Origin: a virus
Virus record (IMG/VR): IMGVR_UViG_3300031576_000012
Location: 1 to 64,000 of that record
Reading direction: 5' to 3' (one strand)
DNA length: 64,000 nucleotides
This document shows, piece after piece, positions 10,154 to 18,728 of the stretch. The notes beneath the pieces were generated by a model. That model had not been told where the DNA came from and did no database searches. It saw only the letters and a list, made by a program, of their open reading frames with translations. Numbering within the stretch: the first letter of the stretch is position 1; every line of letters begins with the position of its first letter. The translations under genes were made by a program, and so were the position numbers.

Positions 10154-11250
10154 TATTTATTCTCCTCATTTTTAAATATATATTTACTCTTATCCCCGAA
10201 ATGGCACAAGTGATAGTAATCACAAAGTCCATAATTTTTACATGCGTTTAAATTTTTAATTCTTAGTCCTTGATTCATAACACTTGCTAAAGTGGAAAAC
10301 CCGTTCATAAAATCATTTTGCCTATCTTTAGAGATTCTGTCAACAAGTATTTGAACCTTGGCTTCTGGTATCTCATCCCACTCACCTTTACATCTTACCC
10401 CATTTACATCATTATTACAAGTCCTATGTGTACTATCCTTTAGGTACCCACACTTAGAACATAGAGCTTTTCCATCCATTTGTTTCAATAGAACTATATA
10501 ACCGGCTAAATCTGTTCCTACTTCGTCCCCTACTGCTGCTGTATATAGTGTCAGTTGCTCTGCTAAAAAGATAGAGTCTGCATCATAATAAGAGGCAGAA
10601 GTCTTTAAATCAATGATAATAGGCTTATCATATCCTTCAAGTTCTGCTATAAGATCAATATACCCAACAACATCTACTCCTTCTGCTGTTTTTCCTTCAA
10701 TCTTATGTTGAATAGCAATTACCTTTTTAATTTTGGGGAGCACATCTCTTACAAATGCTTCAAGCATTAGAAGTCCCTTATTCTTAAGGGAAATCCAACA
10801 AAGCTTATTAAACATTAAGAATTCATTCTCCTTGAGTGGTTTGTGTTCTTTTTGTTTTTCAGCTTTAATGGCATCTTCTGCTTTAACTTCTAGCTCTCTT
10901 TCCCAACTAGACACAAAGAGTTTATCTTCTGAGGATCTAATAACTACTGAATCATAATCCTTTTGTCGGTACCTCATATTAAGATCATTAACAGCTAGAT
11001 TCCAACCTTTTTCAGCATGATTAAGAAATACATCCTTGTATCCTTTTAATCCTTCTTCCCTAGTTCCATTTTGTACATTGGTTAACAGAAACGCAATGGA
11101 AGTATCAATGGCGATACCAAAACCTAAACTAGAACCCATTTCAATAGGCTTTACACGTTCAATATATCTTAAGTAGTGTTTTTCTTGGCACTCCTTCCAG
11201 GCTTGTGCAGCCGAGTGCGAGACATAAGTTGGCAATTTAATATTACTCAT
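10153..11250 (-). CDS. PD-(D/E)XK exonuclease (RecB/Cas4-like)
   Basis: SHSA..WKEC, GYIDL, IIDLKT, QLTLY, C-terminal C...CDYYHLC. Confidence 0.88.
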   Translation of the reverse strand: MSNIKLPTYVSHSAAQAWKECQEKHYLRYIERVKPIEMGSSLGFGIAIDTSIAFLLTNVQNGTREEGLKGYKDVFLNHAEKGWNLAVNDLNMRYRQKDYDSVVIRSSEDKLFVSSWERELEVKAEDAIKAEKQKEHKPLKENEFLMFNKLCWISLKNKGLLMLEAFVRDVLPKIKKVIAIQHKIEGKTAEGVDVVGYIDLIAELEGYDKPIIIDLKTSASYYDADSIFLAEQLTLYTAAVGDEVGTDLAGYIVLLKQMDGKALCSKCGYLKDSTHRTCNNDVNGVRCKGEWDEIPEAKVQILVDRISKDRQNDFMNGFSTLASVMNQGLRIKNLNACKNYGLCDYYHLCHFGDKSKYIFKNEENK

Positions 11251-11704
11251 TTAAGTACCTAATAGCCTTTGTTAAGATTTTAATATTATCAAAAAACTTA
11301 CCCAATCCCACATTACAGTTATCACAAAGAAGTCCTCTAATTATACCAGTTTTATGATTATGGTCAACTGCAAAACGTTTATGTTCATACGGCATTCTTA
11401 AACAGATAGCACATTTTCCTTTTTGTTTATTAAGCATACCATCATATGAACCATAAGGCAAATCAAAAGTATATTTTAAGTGTCTATCTTTATATCTATT
11501 CTTATTTTTAGCTATATATCCTTTAAACCATTCTTTTTTCTTAGCCTTGTTTTTAGGATCTGCCCAATATTTTTTCATGTATTGACTGTGACATTCTTTA
11601 CATATAGATCTAATTTTAGAATTATCTTTTCTAAGATAGAAAGAAGAAGCTTTCTTAGACAAGTTGCAAGATTTACATTGTCTATATGTAGGTAGTTTAG
11701 TCAT
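11243..11704 (-). CDS. endonuclease VII-like (homing-type) nuclease
   Basis: QKGKCAIC...AVDHNHKTGIIRGLLCDNCNVGLG plus N-terminal Zn finger. Confidence 0.9.
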   Translation of the reverse strand: MTKLPTYRQCKSCNLSKKASSFYLRKDNSKIRSICKECHSQYMKKYWADPKNKAKKKEWFKGYIAKNKNRYKDRHLKYTFDLPYGSYDGMLNKQKGKCAICLRMPYEHKRFAVDHNHKTGIIRGLLCDNCNVGLGKFFDNIKILTKAIRYLNE

Positions 11705-11915
11705 TAATCACATCCTGTATATCTTTAAGGTCTTTCAATATCTTTCTACAAAGTAGAACACGTTCTTTTAGTTCAGGTAAGGAAGACATTCCTTCCATTA
11801 CTCTATGAAGAGGGTTTTCTTCCTTCTTCAATGTGATCAATTCTATCTTAGTTTTGGCCAGCAAGTCAAGATAAACTTTTACTTTACTTAACAGGATGTT
11901 ATTTACGTTGCTCAT
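11697..11915 (-). CDS. hypothetical protein
   Basis: Overlap-coupled ORF. Confidence 0.6.
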   Translation of the reverse strand: MSNVNNILLSKVKVYLDLLAKTKIELITLKKEENPLHRVMEGMSSLPELKERVLLCRKILKDLKDIQDVIND

Positions 11916-12369
11916 TTTTAGTAGCTTTTCCTTTTACATTAACATATTCCGAAGGGTTAGTCCAGTATCTTCCACCACTAGCTTCAACTAACTCATAGAA
12001 TGTACCTTGTGGCTTTGGTTTTAAATGACCTTTGGCTGAGTGTTCACGATATGGTATTTTATCTCTAATTGCAGCAAACTTCTTATCATTTACTGGGACA
12101 GCTGTAACAGCAACAACTTTTGCCAGTGTATTTCTTGGCAAATCAGAAATGTAAATCTTACGAGACAACACTACTCGTCCCTTAACTGGATATGTTTTAT
12201 CAAACCATACTTCTTTTTTACCAGGATTTAGTATAACTTCTCGTTGCTTATCTACTGGTAAATAGAATACCTCGTGGTTTTGGAACCATTTCTCCCAAAA
12301 CTTATCTTCTTTAACTGTTTTCTTTTTAAAAGAAACAGGTTTAATTTCTTCTGCTTTAACTTCTGACAT
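11899..12369 (-). CDS. hypothetical protein
   Basis: 156 aa coupled ORF. Confidence 0.7.
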   Translation of the reverse strand: MSEVKAEEIKPVSFKKKTVKEDKFWEKWFQNHEVFYLPVDKQREVILNPGKKEVWFDKTYPVKGRVVLSRKIYISDLPRNTLAKVVAVTAVPVNDKKFAAIRDKIPYREHSAKGHLKPKPQGTFYELVEASGGRYWTNPSEYVNVKGKATKNEQRK

Positions 12370-12676
12370 TATCTCTTTCCTTTAATTCCTTTACCCATTT
12401 ATTATGCATACCCATATATTTCTCAACCATTTGTTGAAACTTTGGTGCATCTTCGGGCTTCATAACAAAACAATCGAAGTGACCATACTTACATTTATAC
12501 CCAAAAAGATACTTAAGAGCTACCCATGCTCTCTGAAACACATTTAGATGTTGACAAAGAAATGAGCCTGCCCATAACTCTGGTGGCCAATCTTTATCAA
12601 ACTCATCGTCAATAGCAAAGGTTAGCCTATGCTCATCTGAGTGACAATGACATTCAAAATATTCAGTCTTTAACAT
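12356..12676 (-). CDS. hypothetical phage protein
   Basis: YFECHCHSDEH...RAWVALKYLFGY pattern; SD upstream. Confidence 0.7.
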   Translation of the reverse strand: MLKTEYFECHCHSDEHRLTFAIDDEFDKDWPPELWAGSFLCQHLNVFQRAWVALKYLFGYKCKYGHFDCFVMKPEDAPKFQQMVEKYMGMHNKWVKELKERDNVRS

Positions 12677-12861
12677 ATTTTCCTTAACTTATGTTTAATT
12701 GTACATGCCCAGTGGTTAATTTAGTAGATTCATAGTTACTAACATCTAGGATATCATAATGATTTATATCATCTTCCGTATATTCAGCCACTAATACTAC
12801 TAAATTTTGATCTACCTTTTCCAGTAGCTTTATAAGTTCTTTTACCGTCATAATTTCTCCT

Positions 12862-12890
12862 ATTATACCACATTTTAGCCCTCCCTGCAA
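12862..12890 (-). promoter_or_regulatory. sigma70-type promoter
   Basis: TTGCAG-N17-TATAAT immediately followed by AGGAGA SD and ATG. Confidence 0.6.
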
Positions 12891-13333
12891 GGTTTTTTAA
12901 GATATCTAGCAGCTTTTCTAAGTAATTTAGGGTTATCTTGGAAGAATCCAATCCCTCTGTTACAATTACTACACAAAAGACCTCTAATTCTATTAGAGAT
13001 ATGATCGTGATCTACAGCTAATGCTATCTTCATATCTTTTTGTTTTAGTGGACAAATCTTGCATTTACCTCTTTGTTTAAACAAAAGATATTTATATTGT
13101 TGAATAGTAATCCCATATCTAGTTTTTAATACACCAGATTGGATAGAAGTGCCAAATTCTTGTCTATATTTCTTCTTATATTCTAACAACTTAAGTCTAT
13201 TGTTTATTCTATATTTTTTACTTCGATCTGCTTCACATAATATACATTCGGATCTTAGTTTGTCAGAAGAAAACTTACTATTATAGAAACTAGTTAAATA
13301 TTTAATTTCTTTACATTTAGTACATTTTTTCAT
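12875..13333 (-). CDS. endonuclease VII-like (homing-type) nuclease
   Basis: QRGKCKIC...AVDHDHISNRIRGLLCSNCNRGIG; paralog of 11243-11704. Confidence 0.9.
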   Translation of the reverse strand: MKKCTKCKEIKYLTSFYNSKFSSDKLRSECILCEADRSKKYRINNRLKLLEYKKKYRQEFGTSIQSGVLKTRYGITIQQYKYLLFKQRGKCKICPLKQKDMKIALAVDHDHISNRIRGLLCSNCNRGIGFFQDNPKLLRKAARYLKKPCREG

Positions 13334-13337
13334 AAAA

Positions 13338-13460
13338 GCCCTTGCCTATTGGATTTTCACCAATCGTGATTCTCTAGCCCTGGAAGTTACGGAAGAATCT
13401 GAAACGCCTCCAATCGGTATACCTGCATTATCATCTCCGCGTGAACGAACGAGGCAAGGA
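13338..13460 (-). ncRNA. candidate tRNA-like structured RNA
   Basis: Closing stem TCCTTGCCT/AGGCAAGGG abutting a T-arm-like hairpin ATTGG-TGAAAAT-CCAAT; starts 6 nt after the tRNA-Met CCA. Confidence 0.55.
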
Positions 13461-13466
13461 TAAACT

Positions 13467-13540
13467 TGGTAGCGGGGCTGGGAATTGCACCCAGGACTTA
13501 AGCTTATGAGGCTTACGTTTTACTACTTCACTACCCCGCA
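13467..13540 (-). tRNA. tRNA-Met (CAT), possibly initiator-like
   Basis: Acceptor GCGGGG/CCCCGC with unpaired 1:72, anticodon arm TAAGC-CTCATAA-GCTTA, T arm CTGGG-TGCAATT-CCCAG, encoded CCA. Confidence 0.9.
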
Positions 13541-13549
13541 ATAATCATT

Positions 13550-13825
13550 CTACCGACATTTCTTACGTACTGTCAATAATTTATGTTTTAAAATTAAAGA
13601 TAATCCTTCAACTGGTATAATCTCTTGTCTAAACTTAGGATACAGACTCTTCTTTGTAGAAATCCAATATATAAGCTCTTCAGGGCTACAATCCATTGCT
13701 CTTGCCCCTACATCCTCTGCTTTTTTAACAGCATGGATAGTTCCTTCTTGGAATCCCATCTCAGCTTCCCCTACTGCTCCTGGTTTAGCCAAATAACTAA
13801 ACAATACTTTGTCCCCTTTTTTCAT
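13550..13825 (-). CDS. hypothetical protein
   Basis: ATGA-coupled to the upstream gene. Confidence 0.6.
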   Translation of the reverse strand: MKKGDKVLFSYLAKPGAVGEAEMGFQEGTIHAVKKAEDVGARAMDCSPEELIYWISTKKSLYPKFRQEIIPVEGLSLILKHKLLTVRKKCR

Positions 13826-14373
13826 CCCATTCCTACATTCTCTTTATTTGGACCTTCAGGAATATTTAAAAACTTTCTCCAATGTGTCCAAGCCCATTCA
13901 GCTGAGTGAGGCGCAGGAGACCAAAATCCCCATTCCCTTTTCTTCTTTCCTAAGACAACAAATGTCAAAGGCCCTTGATCTGCTGTATCTAATGTAAGAT
14001 GCTTATCGAGTATAACTCTGTGAATATGTTCAGCTTTTCTAAACAACAGATCCCCTGGTTTAGCTGATACTGTAGTGGTAATCCAGTAGTACCTTGTATT
14101 CTTAGCGTAGAAGTCTTTACGTAAGATGTTATCTTTGTATCCACCTTCTAAGATGTAAGTAAAGAAAGGCCAAGGATGATCATGGTATGTATCATCATCA
14201 GACCTAAGAAAGCGATGAAGGTATATACCAAACCAACGTGTTTTAGCAACAACATAACGAATCATATAAACGTCTATGTCGTTTTTCTCTCTGCCCGTAA
14301 TATGAAACACTTGGTTCTTCTTTATTGCTCTTTTCATTAACCAAGCTGCTAATAGTCTCATTAACTTCAGCAT
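13822..14373 (-). CDS. cupin-like phage protein
   Basis: IYLHRFLRSDDDTYHDHPW...ILEGGY...HIHRV...KKREWGF. Confidence 0.7.
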   Translation of the reverse strand: MLKLMRLLAAWLMKRAIKKNQVFHITGREKNDIDVYMIRYVVAKTRWFGIYLHRFLRSDDDTYHDHPWPFFTYILEGGYKDNILRKDFYAKNTRYYWITTTVSAKPGDLLFRKAEHIHRVILDKHLTLDTADQGPLTFVVLGKKKREWGFWSPAPHSAEWAWTHWRKFLNIPEGPNKENVGMG

Positions 14374-14398
14374 TCTTCCATTCCTTATACTAAGATTA

Positions 14399-14497
14399 AA
14401 AAAGGGTCAACTCTGCATTATACCCGCGACTATCTCCCCACGCAAGGAGGGAGAAGGAGTGCAAAGCTCGTTACCAAATGTCGGCTCCATGACCCGC
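14399..14497 (-). ncRNA. candidate small structured RNA
   Basis: Closing stem GGGTCA/TGACCC followed by a T-tract, internal stems, own promoter. Confidence 0.55.
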
Positions 14498-14503
14498 AAA
14501 TCT

Positions 14504-14533
14504 ACTATACCTTTTCTTTAACTTCTGTGTCAA
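14504..14533 (-). promoter_or_regulatory. sigma70-type promoter
   Basis: TTGACA-N18-TATAGT; predicted start ~14497. Confidence 0.7.
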
Positions 14534-14606
14534 CTTCTTTTTTATACTCTTCGGATAGCTCTTCCTGTTCCTCTTCAAATGGAACATGGTTAAGCAAAGA
14601 CTTCCT

Positions 14607-14732
14607 CTAATCATCTGTTAACTGTAGTTCATCTAAAAGTTCAGGTGGCACGTTCATAAGCTCCTCCAAAGTCATATCTGCAACCCATTGACCTCTATAT
14701 TTATGTCCTAAGATAGCATTATAATCAGCCAT
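14607..14732 (-). CDS. small acidic hypothetical protein (41 aa)
   Basis: ATG directly after the RNR stop; MADYNAILGHKYRGQWVADMTLEELMNVPPELLDELQLTDD. Confidence 0.5.
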   Translation of the reverse strand: MADYNAILGHKYRGQWVADMTLEELMNVPPELLDELQLTDD

Positions 14733-16604
14733 TTAAATCTCGCATTTATCTCCAGAACATGCTAACGCTTGCGCTCCTGTTGTCGAGTCTTCAAGTTCAT
14801 ATTTGGAGAGTTGTTTATAATCAATCTCAGGGAAGGCTTTCCTTGCCTTTTCATATTCCTCTTCTGTGATCTCCTCGTAAGGAGCCAGCTGATAATGACC
14901 ACCATCATAAGGAAGAAAGGAAACGCCGATAATATCATCAAAATTTCTAAAAACATAAGCTCCTACCTCTGCCCATTCATGGTCGTTAACATATATTGTA
15001 CAAGACTGGTTGTGTTCACACCAGCTATTTTGAATCTTTTTATACCACTCTAACTGTTCAATGGCACTCATTTTATCCCTAGTAATACAATTCTTAGGTG
15101 CTTTTACAGGGAATGTTGCTACCCATGTATCAGGATTATCTTTATCCTGCCCTACTTCGGGTTCACAGGGCACCCCTTGGGTTCGTAGCATTTTGAAGAG
15201 GGGATCTGTTGAGGAAATCCGTACTCGTCTGTAGTAATAACGTGCGTATCTTGGATGACAGCCTGAAGCTGCGTCAACCAACTGGCTAACGGTACCACTA
15301 GGCTTCCCAGTAGTAATAGAAGTACTGAGATTAATCCCAAGACTTGAAGAGGCTTTTTTAGCTGTTTTAATTGCATAATCTTTTAATATCTCTAATTTCT
15401 CTTCAGTTAATAGTTTAGGATTATCAAGTTGCCCCGTTAAAGACACACCTAATAATCTTTCTTCTTCACAATTCTTTTTCCACTCAGCTCTAATATATTT
15501 AAAATTAGTGTAAGTAGATTGGATAGCTCCAATCCATACAGCTACTCTAACTTTATTAATTAGATCATCAAAAGAATCTGTGGATCTAATAACAACTTCA
15601 CTCAGATTACAAAATTCATATGGTCTAAGAAGAATCTCACCACAAGGATTGCTTCTTTCTTGTCCAGTAAACTTACGTCTTGGAGCATACTCAGCTAATT
15701 TAGAGATATTATAGATACCTCTTTCACCTGTACCTGAAGCCGCTAGGTTAAACCATTCTCTTAGAAAGGTAACACTACTAGGCTTAAATTTAAACACTGC
15801 TGAGTTATTACTCATGTATCTAATAGTAGGCATAGGATGATTCTTAGCTTTCATTAAAAGCTCGTCTTCTAGGTCACTAAAAGAAATAAGACTTGACCGT
15901 CTTACTCCTCCCACTACTACAATTTCTGCAATCTTACAACAAATGTCATGGCACTCTAGGCTTGTTAGTCTTCTTCCTTGAGCACCAAGGATAATCTTCT
16001 TCACAAACTTATGAAGACTAATAAGTGGATCTGGACCAGAGGCTCTTCCTCCCATTGTCTCTAACCTAGCTCCTCTTAGCCTTACTTTTGTGTAATCAAA
16101 TTCAATATCTAGTCCTTTGAACAGATTGTCCAGGCTTATTCGTAAAGATTCAGCCCAACCTTCTTTAGAATCTTGAACTACATGTACCCCAGCTCCATCG
16201 CTAGTTTGTAGTTTAACTTCAGGAAGCTGAGAGATATACTCATTCTCTACAGAAAATCCTACTCCTGTTCCGCACATAAGAATGTATAGAAGCTCTGAAA
16301 AAGAGAACAAATCTTTAATAGGTAGATACGAGCAATTATAGCTTGCAACGTTGTTATAAGACATTGCATAGCCAGCACTCCACATAGCTCTCATAGAGGG
16401 CATTACGCCCATTTCTAAGATTTGCTTTTCAATTTCATGTCTAATTTTTTTTGATAGCTTAGTTTGAAGAGGTAATACTGTATTTTTAATATACCTTGTA
16501 ACTGTTTCCTCCCAAGTTTCTCTCCTCTTTTTAGAGGGAATCCAACGAGAATAAGTTCGATAAAAAACAAACTCTGATAGTTCGTTTCGGAAAGGATCAG
16601 TCAC
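14733..16604 (-). CDS. nrdJ: class II (B12-dependent) ribonucleotide reductase
   Basis: FYRTYSR, YNCS, GTGVGF, VVGGVRRS, SNPCGEI, KPSGT, C-terminal CSGDKCEI; no beta-subunit gene nearby. Confidence 0.95.
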   Translation of the reverse strand: MTDPFRNELSEFVFYRTYSRWIPSKKRRETWEETVTRYIKNTVLPLQTKLSKKIRHEIEKQILEMGVMPSMRAMWSAGYAMSYNNVASYNCSYLPIKDLFSFSELLYILMCGTGVGFSVENEYISQLPEVKLQTSDGAGVHVVQDSKEGWAESLRISLDNLFKGLDIEFDYTKVRLRGARLETMGGRASGPDPLISLHKFVKKIILGAQGRRLTSLECHDICCKIAEIVVVGGVRRSSLISFSDLEDELLMKAKNHPMPTIRYMSNNSAVFKFKPSSVTFLREWFNLAASGTGERGIYNISKLAEYAPRRKFTGQERSNPCGEILLRPYEFCNLSEVVIRSTDSFDDLINKVRVAVWIGAIQSTYTNFKYIRAEWKKNCEEERLLGVSLTGQLDNPKLLTEEKLEILKDYAIKTAKKASSSLGINLSTSITTGKPSGTVSQLVDAASGCHPRYARYYYRRVRISSTDPLFKMLRTQGVPCEPEVGQDKDNPDTWVATFPVKAPKNCITRDKMSAIEQLEWYKKIQNSWCEHNQSCTIYVNDHEWAEVGAYVFRNFDDIIGVSFLPYDGGHYQLAPYEEITEEEYEKARKAFPEIDYKQLSKYELEDSTTGAQALACSGDKCEI

Positions 16605-16621
16605 TTCAAACTCCGATCAAA

Positions 16622-16804
16622 TTAATACGTTTCGTCTTCTTCTACTACTTCATCTTCATCGCTTAATGACTTAAGAATATCTTGAGTTTCTTGACGTTTA
16701 ATCTCTTCACTCAATCTTTCTTCAAGATAATAGACTACTTCTTCTACATTTTCCATAGTCTCTATCTCGTCAATAAGTTCTTCTAGTAATCTAGTTGTAT
16801 TCAT
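16622..16804 (-). CDS. small acidic hypothetical protein
   Basis: E/D-rich 60 aa coupled ORF. Confidence 0.6.
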   Translation of the reverse strand: MNTTRLLEELIDEIETMENVEEVVYYLEERLSEEIKRQETQDILKSLSDEDEVVEEDETY

Positions 16805-17484
16805 ACCTCTTCCTGTTCTATCTCTGTAAATTTCATTATTAACTTCTTTGCTTTCTTCAGTCTATAATACGCTGAACTTACATTCTCGTCAATCTTTTTT
16901 ATTTCCTCAATTGTTTTAAAGTTACAATAGTATTGTACCAGAATGTCTCTGTAAATAGTAGATAAAAATCTACCAAACTTCTTTAATAGTCTTTGATACT
17001 CTGCAAATTCTCTAAGTTTTTCTAAAGCTCCGTCTCTTTTTTTGTCTCCCTGAATTGCAGTAAATATAGTTGCTGCTGGGATATTCTGTTCTTTAGAAAT
17101 CTCTTCATAGCTCTTTCCAAATAAAAAATGTTCTTTAATAATCATCTTGTCACGTTCAGATATAGCACCCCAAGGAATATCATTCATAGTTAGTTTATCT
17201 CTTTCTATAGTAACACATGCTTCATTTTGCATATGTTGATAAGAAAATATATCTTCCATCTTTGGAGATAAACTAAACGGAACAGTTGGGAGTGTCTTTT
17301 TATTCCCTCGTTCTATATAAGCTCTCATTTGTGGACAGAGTTTTGTACATGAGTCTCTAATTTCGCAAACTGCACAAGGGGTTACTAATTCACATATACC
17401 ATCTGCATCGGCACAAGGTTGTCTTTTAGGACAATGTGTACATACATCCTGTCTATATTGAATTTTAAATACTTTCTCATTCAA
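16801..17484 (-). CDS. Cys-cluster plus sigma70 region 4-like HTH transcription regulator
   Basis: Two CxxCx5C motifs, then two region-4-like segments (ISERDKMII..HFLFGKSYEEIS; LSTIYRDIL..YYCNFKTIEEI...AYYRLKKAKK). Confidence 0.65.
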   Translation of the reverse strand: MNEKVFKIQYRQDVCTHCPKRQPCADADGICELVTPCAVCEIRDSCTKLCPQMRAYIERGNKKTLPTVPFSLSPKMEDIFSYQHMQNEACVTIERDKLTMNDIPWGAISERDKMIIKEHFLFGKSYEEISKEQNIPAATIFTAIQGDKKRDGALEKLREFAEYQRLLKKFGRFLSTIYRDILVQYYCNFKTIEEIKKIDENVSSAYYRLKKAKKLIMKFTEIEQEEV

Positions 17485-17860
17485 GATTCAACTCCCCAAC
17501 ATTTGTTTCTAGGGTTGGATCAGTATAAAATGCTTTTCTCACCCCTGCCTCTTTTAAAATAGCTTGACAATCAGGACAAGGACGGCACATACCTATTTTA
17601 CCATCTAACCGTTCTCTATAAACATATATAATAGCTCCAATGAGCTTTCTACGATCAATACCTATAATAGCATCTACTTCAGCGTGTAGTTTCTTCTTTG
17701 GATTTCGGCTAGTAATAAGAGGGTGTGTCTTATCCATCTTGTTAAAGCCTACTCCTACAATTTGTTTCTTATTCACAACCACAGCACCTATACGAACACG
17801 ATGCTTAGATTTAAAGCATAGTTCTCTGGCTAATCTAAATTTGCTGTGATGTATAAACAT
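17477..17860 (-). CDS. cytidine/dCMP deaminase-family protein
   Basis: IGAVVV, GVGFN, HAE, RPCPDC zinc motif. Confidence 0.85.
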   Translation of the reverse strand: MFIHHSKFRLARELCFKSKHRVRIGAVVVNKKQIVGVGFNKMDKTHPLITSRNPKKKLHAEVDAIIGIDRRKLIGAIIYVYRERLDGKIGMCRPCPDCQAILKEAGVRKAFYTDPTLETNVGELNLE

Positions 17861-18276
17861 TATAATCCTCTGACTAATGCCTTATAAGTTTTATACACTA
17901 TTTCTTTACCTTTTCCTAATACTTCTTCAGTAACTCTTACTGGGATCTTACTTTTATGTACCTCTTCAGCAGTTTGGGGATCTCCCTGTCCAATACAAAG
18001 ATATGCCACATTAGTATGTTGTGTTTTCTCCGTATGATAAATTGTCACTCTTTTGACACCAGGATTGCCCATTTCTTGACAAAATTCTGTCGTTCTTTTG
18101 ACAATATGGGCTATAAGTTTCTCTGTAACAGGGCTACTACCTTGTAGAATAATAACTTCAACGTTTGTTTTCTGCTCTTCTGGAGAGGGAACTGTAAGTA
18201 CCTTATGCCCACATCCAGTTAACAAAACTAACATACATAACATATATAACATTTTCATAATGGATCTTCCCCACAT
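17860..18276 (-). CDS. putative lipoprotein
   Basis: Lipobox MKMLYMLCMLVLLTG-C. Confidence 0.6.
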   Translation of the reverse strand: MWGRSIMKMLYMLCMLVLLTGCGHKVLTVPSPEEQKTNVEVIILQGSSPVTEKLIAHIVKRTTEFCQEMGNPGVKRVTIYHTEKTQHTNVAYLCIGQGDPQTAEEVHKSKIPVRVTEEVLGKGKEIVYKTYKALVRGL

Positions 18277-18728
18277 AGTTTCTCTGTTCTCATTGCTTCA
18301 CAGGCATAGCTTATAAAGCCTCTAACGGTAGGGCTTCCAAAAAAGTCTTCTTTAGTATGATTATAATCAGCATCATGTTCTTTTTCTCTTAAAACAACAT
18401 GGCCTAGTTCATGAAGAATTTGTTGACAGATGTATTCATGGGTATCTGGATAATGAATGATAATATTGCTACCCGCTAAACAAGCTGCCCCGCCACAATA
18501 TTCTAACACCTTATCTAAAGGTGCTGCGGTAATCGAGTAATAGGATTCATAGTCTCCGAAGTATTCTCTAACCTTAAGATCTGCATGGTCTGCTTCACAT
18601 TGAACGTCTGCCCCTTTTATTTGCATCAATTGGGGGTTCTGAACACATCCTACTAACAACAATGTAAACCACAAATACTTCAAATTACCCATCCTTTTGC
18701 TTCTAATGCTGAAATGGCTATTGGACAT
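18255..18728 (-). CDS. putative lipoprotein with HExxH zinc motif
   Basis: Likely start MGNLKYLWFTLLLVG-C; ILHELGH...H. Confidence 0.6.
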   Translation of the reverse strand: MSNSHFSIRSKRMGNLKYLWFTLLLVGCVQNPQLMQIKGADVQCEADHADLKVREYFGDYESYYSITAAPLDKVLEYCGGAACLAGSNIIIHYPDTHEYICQQILHELGHVVLREKEHDADYNHTKEDFFGSPTVRGFISYACEAMRTEKLCGEDPL

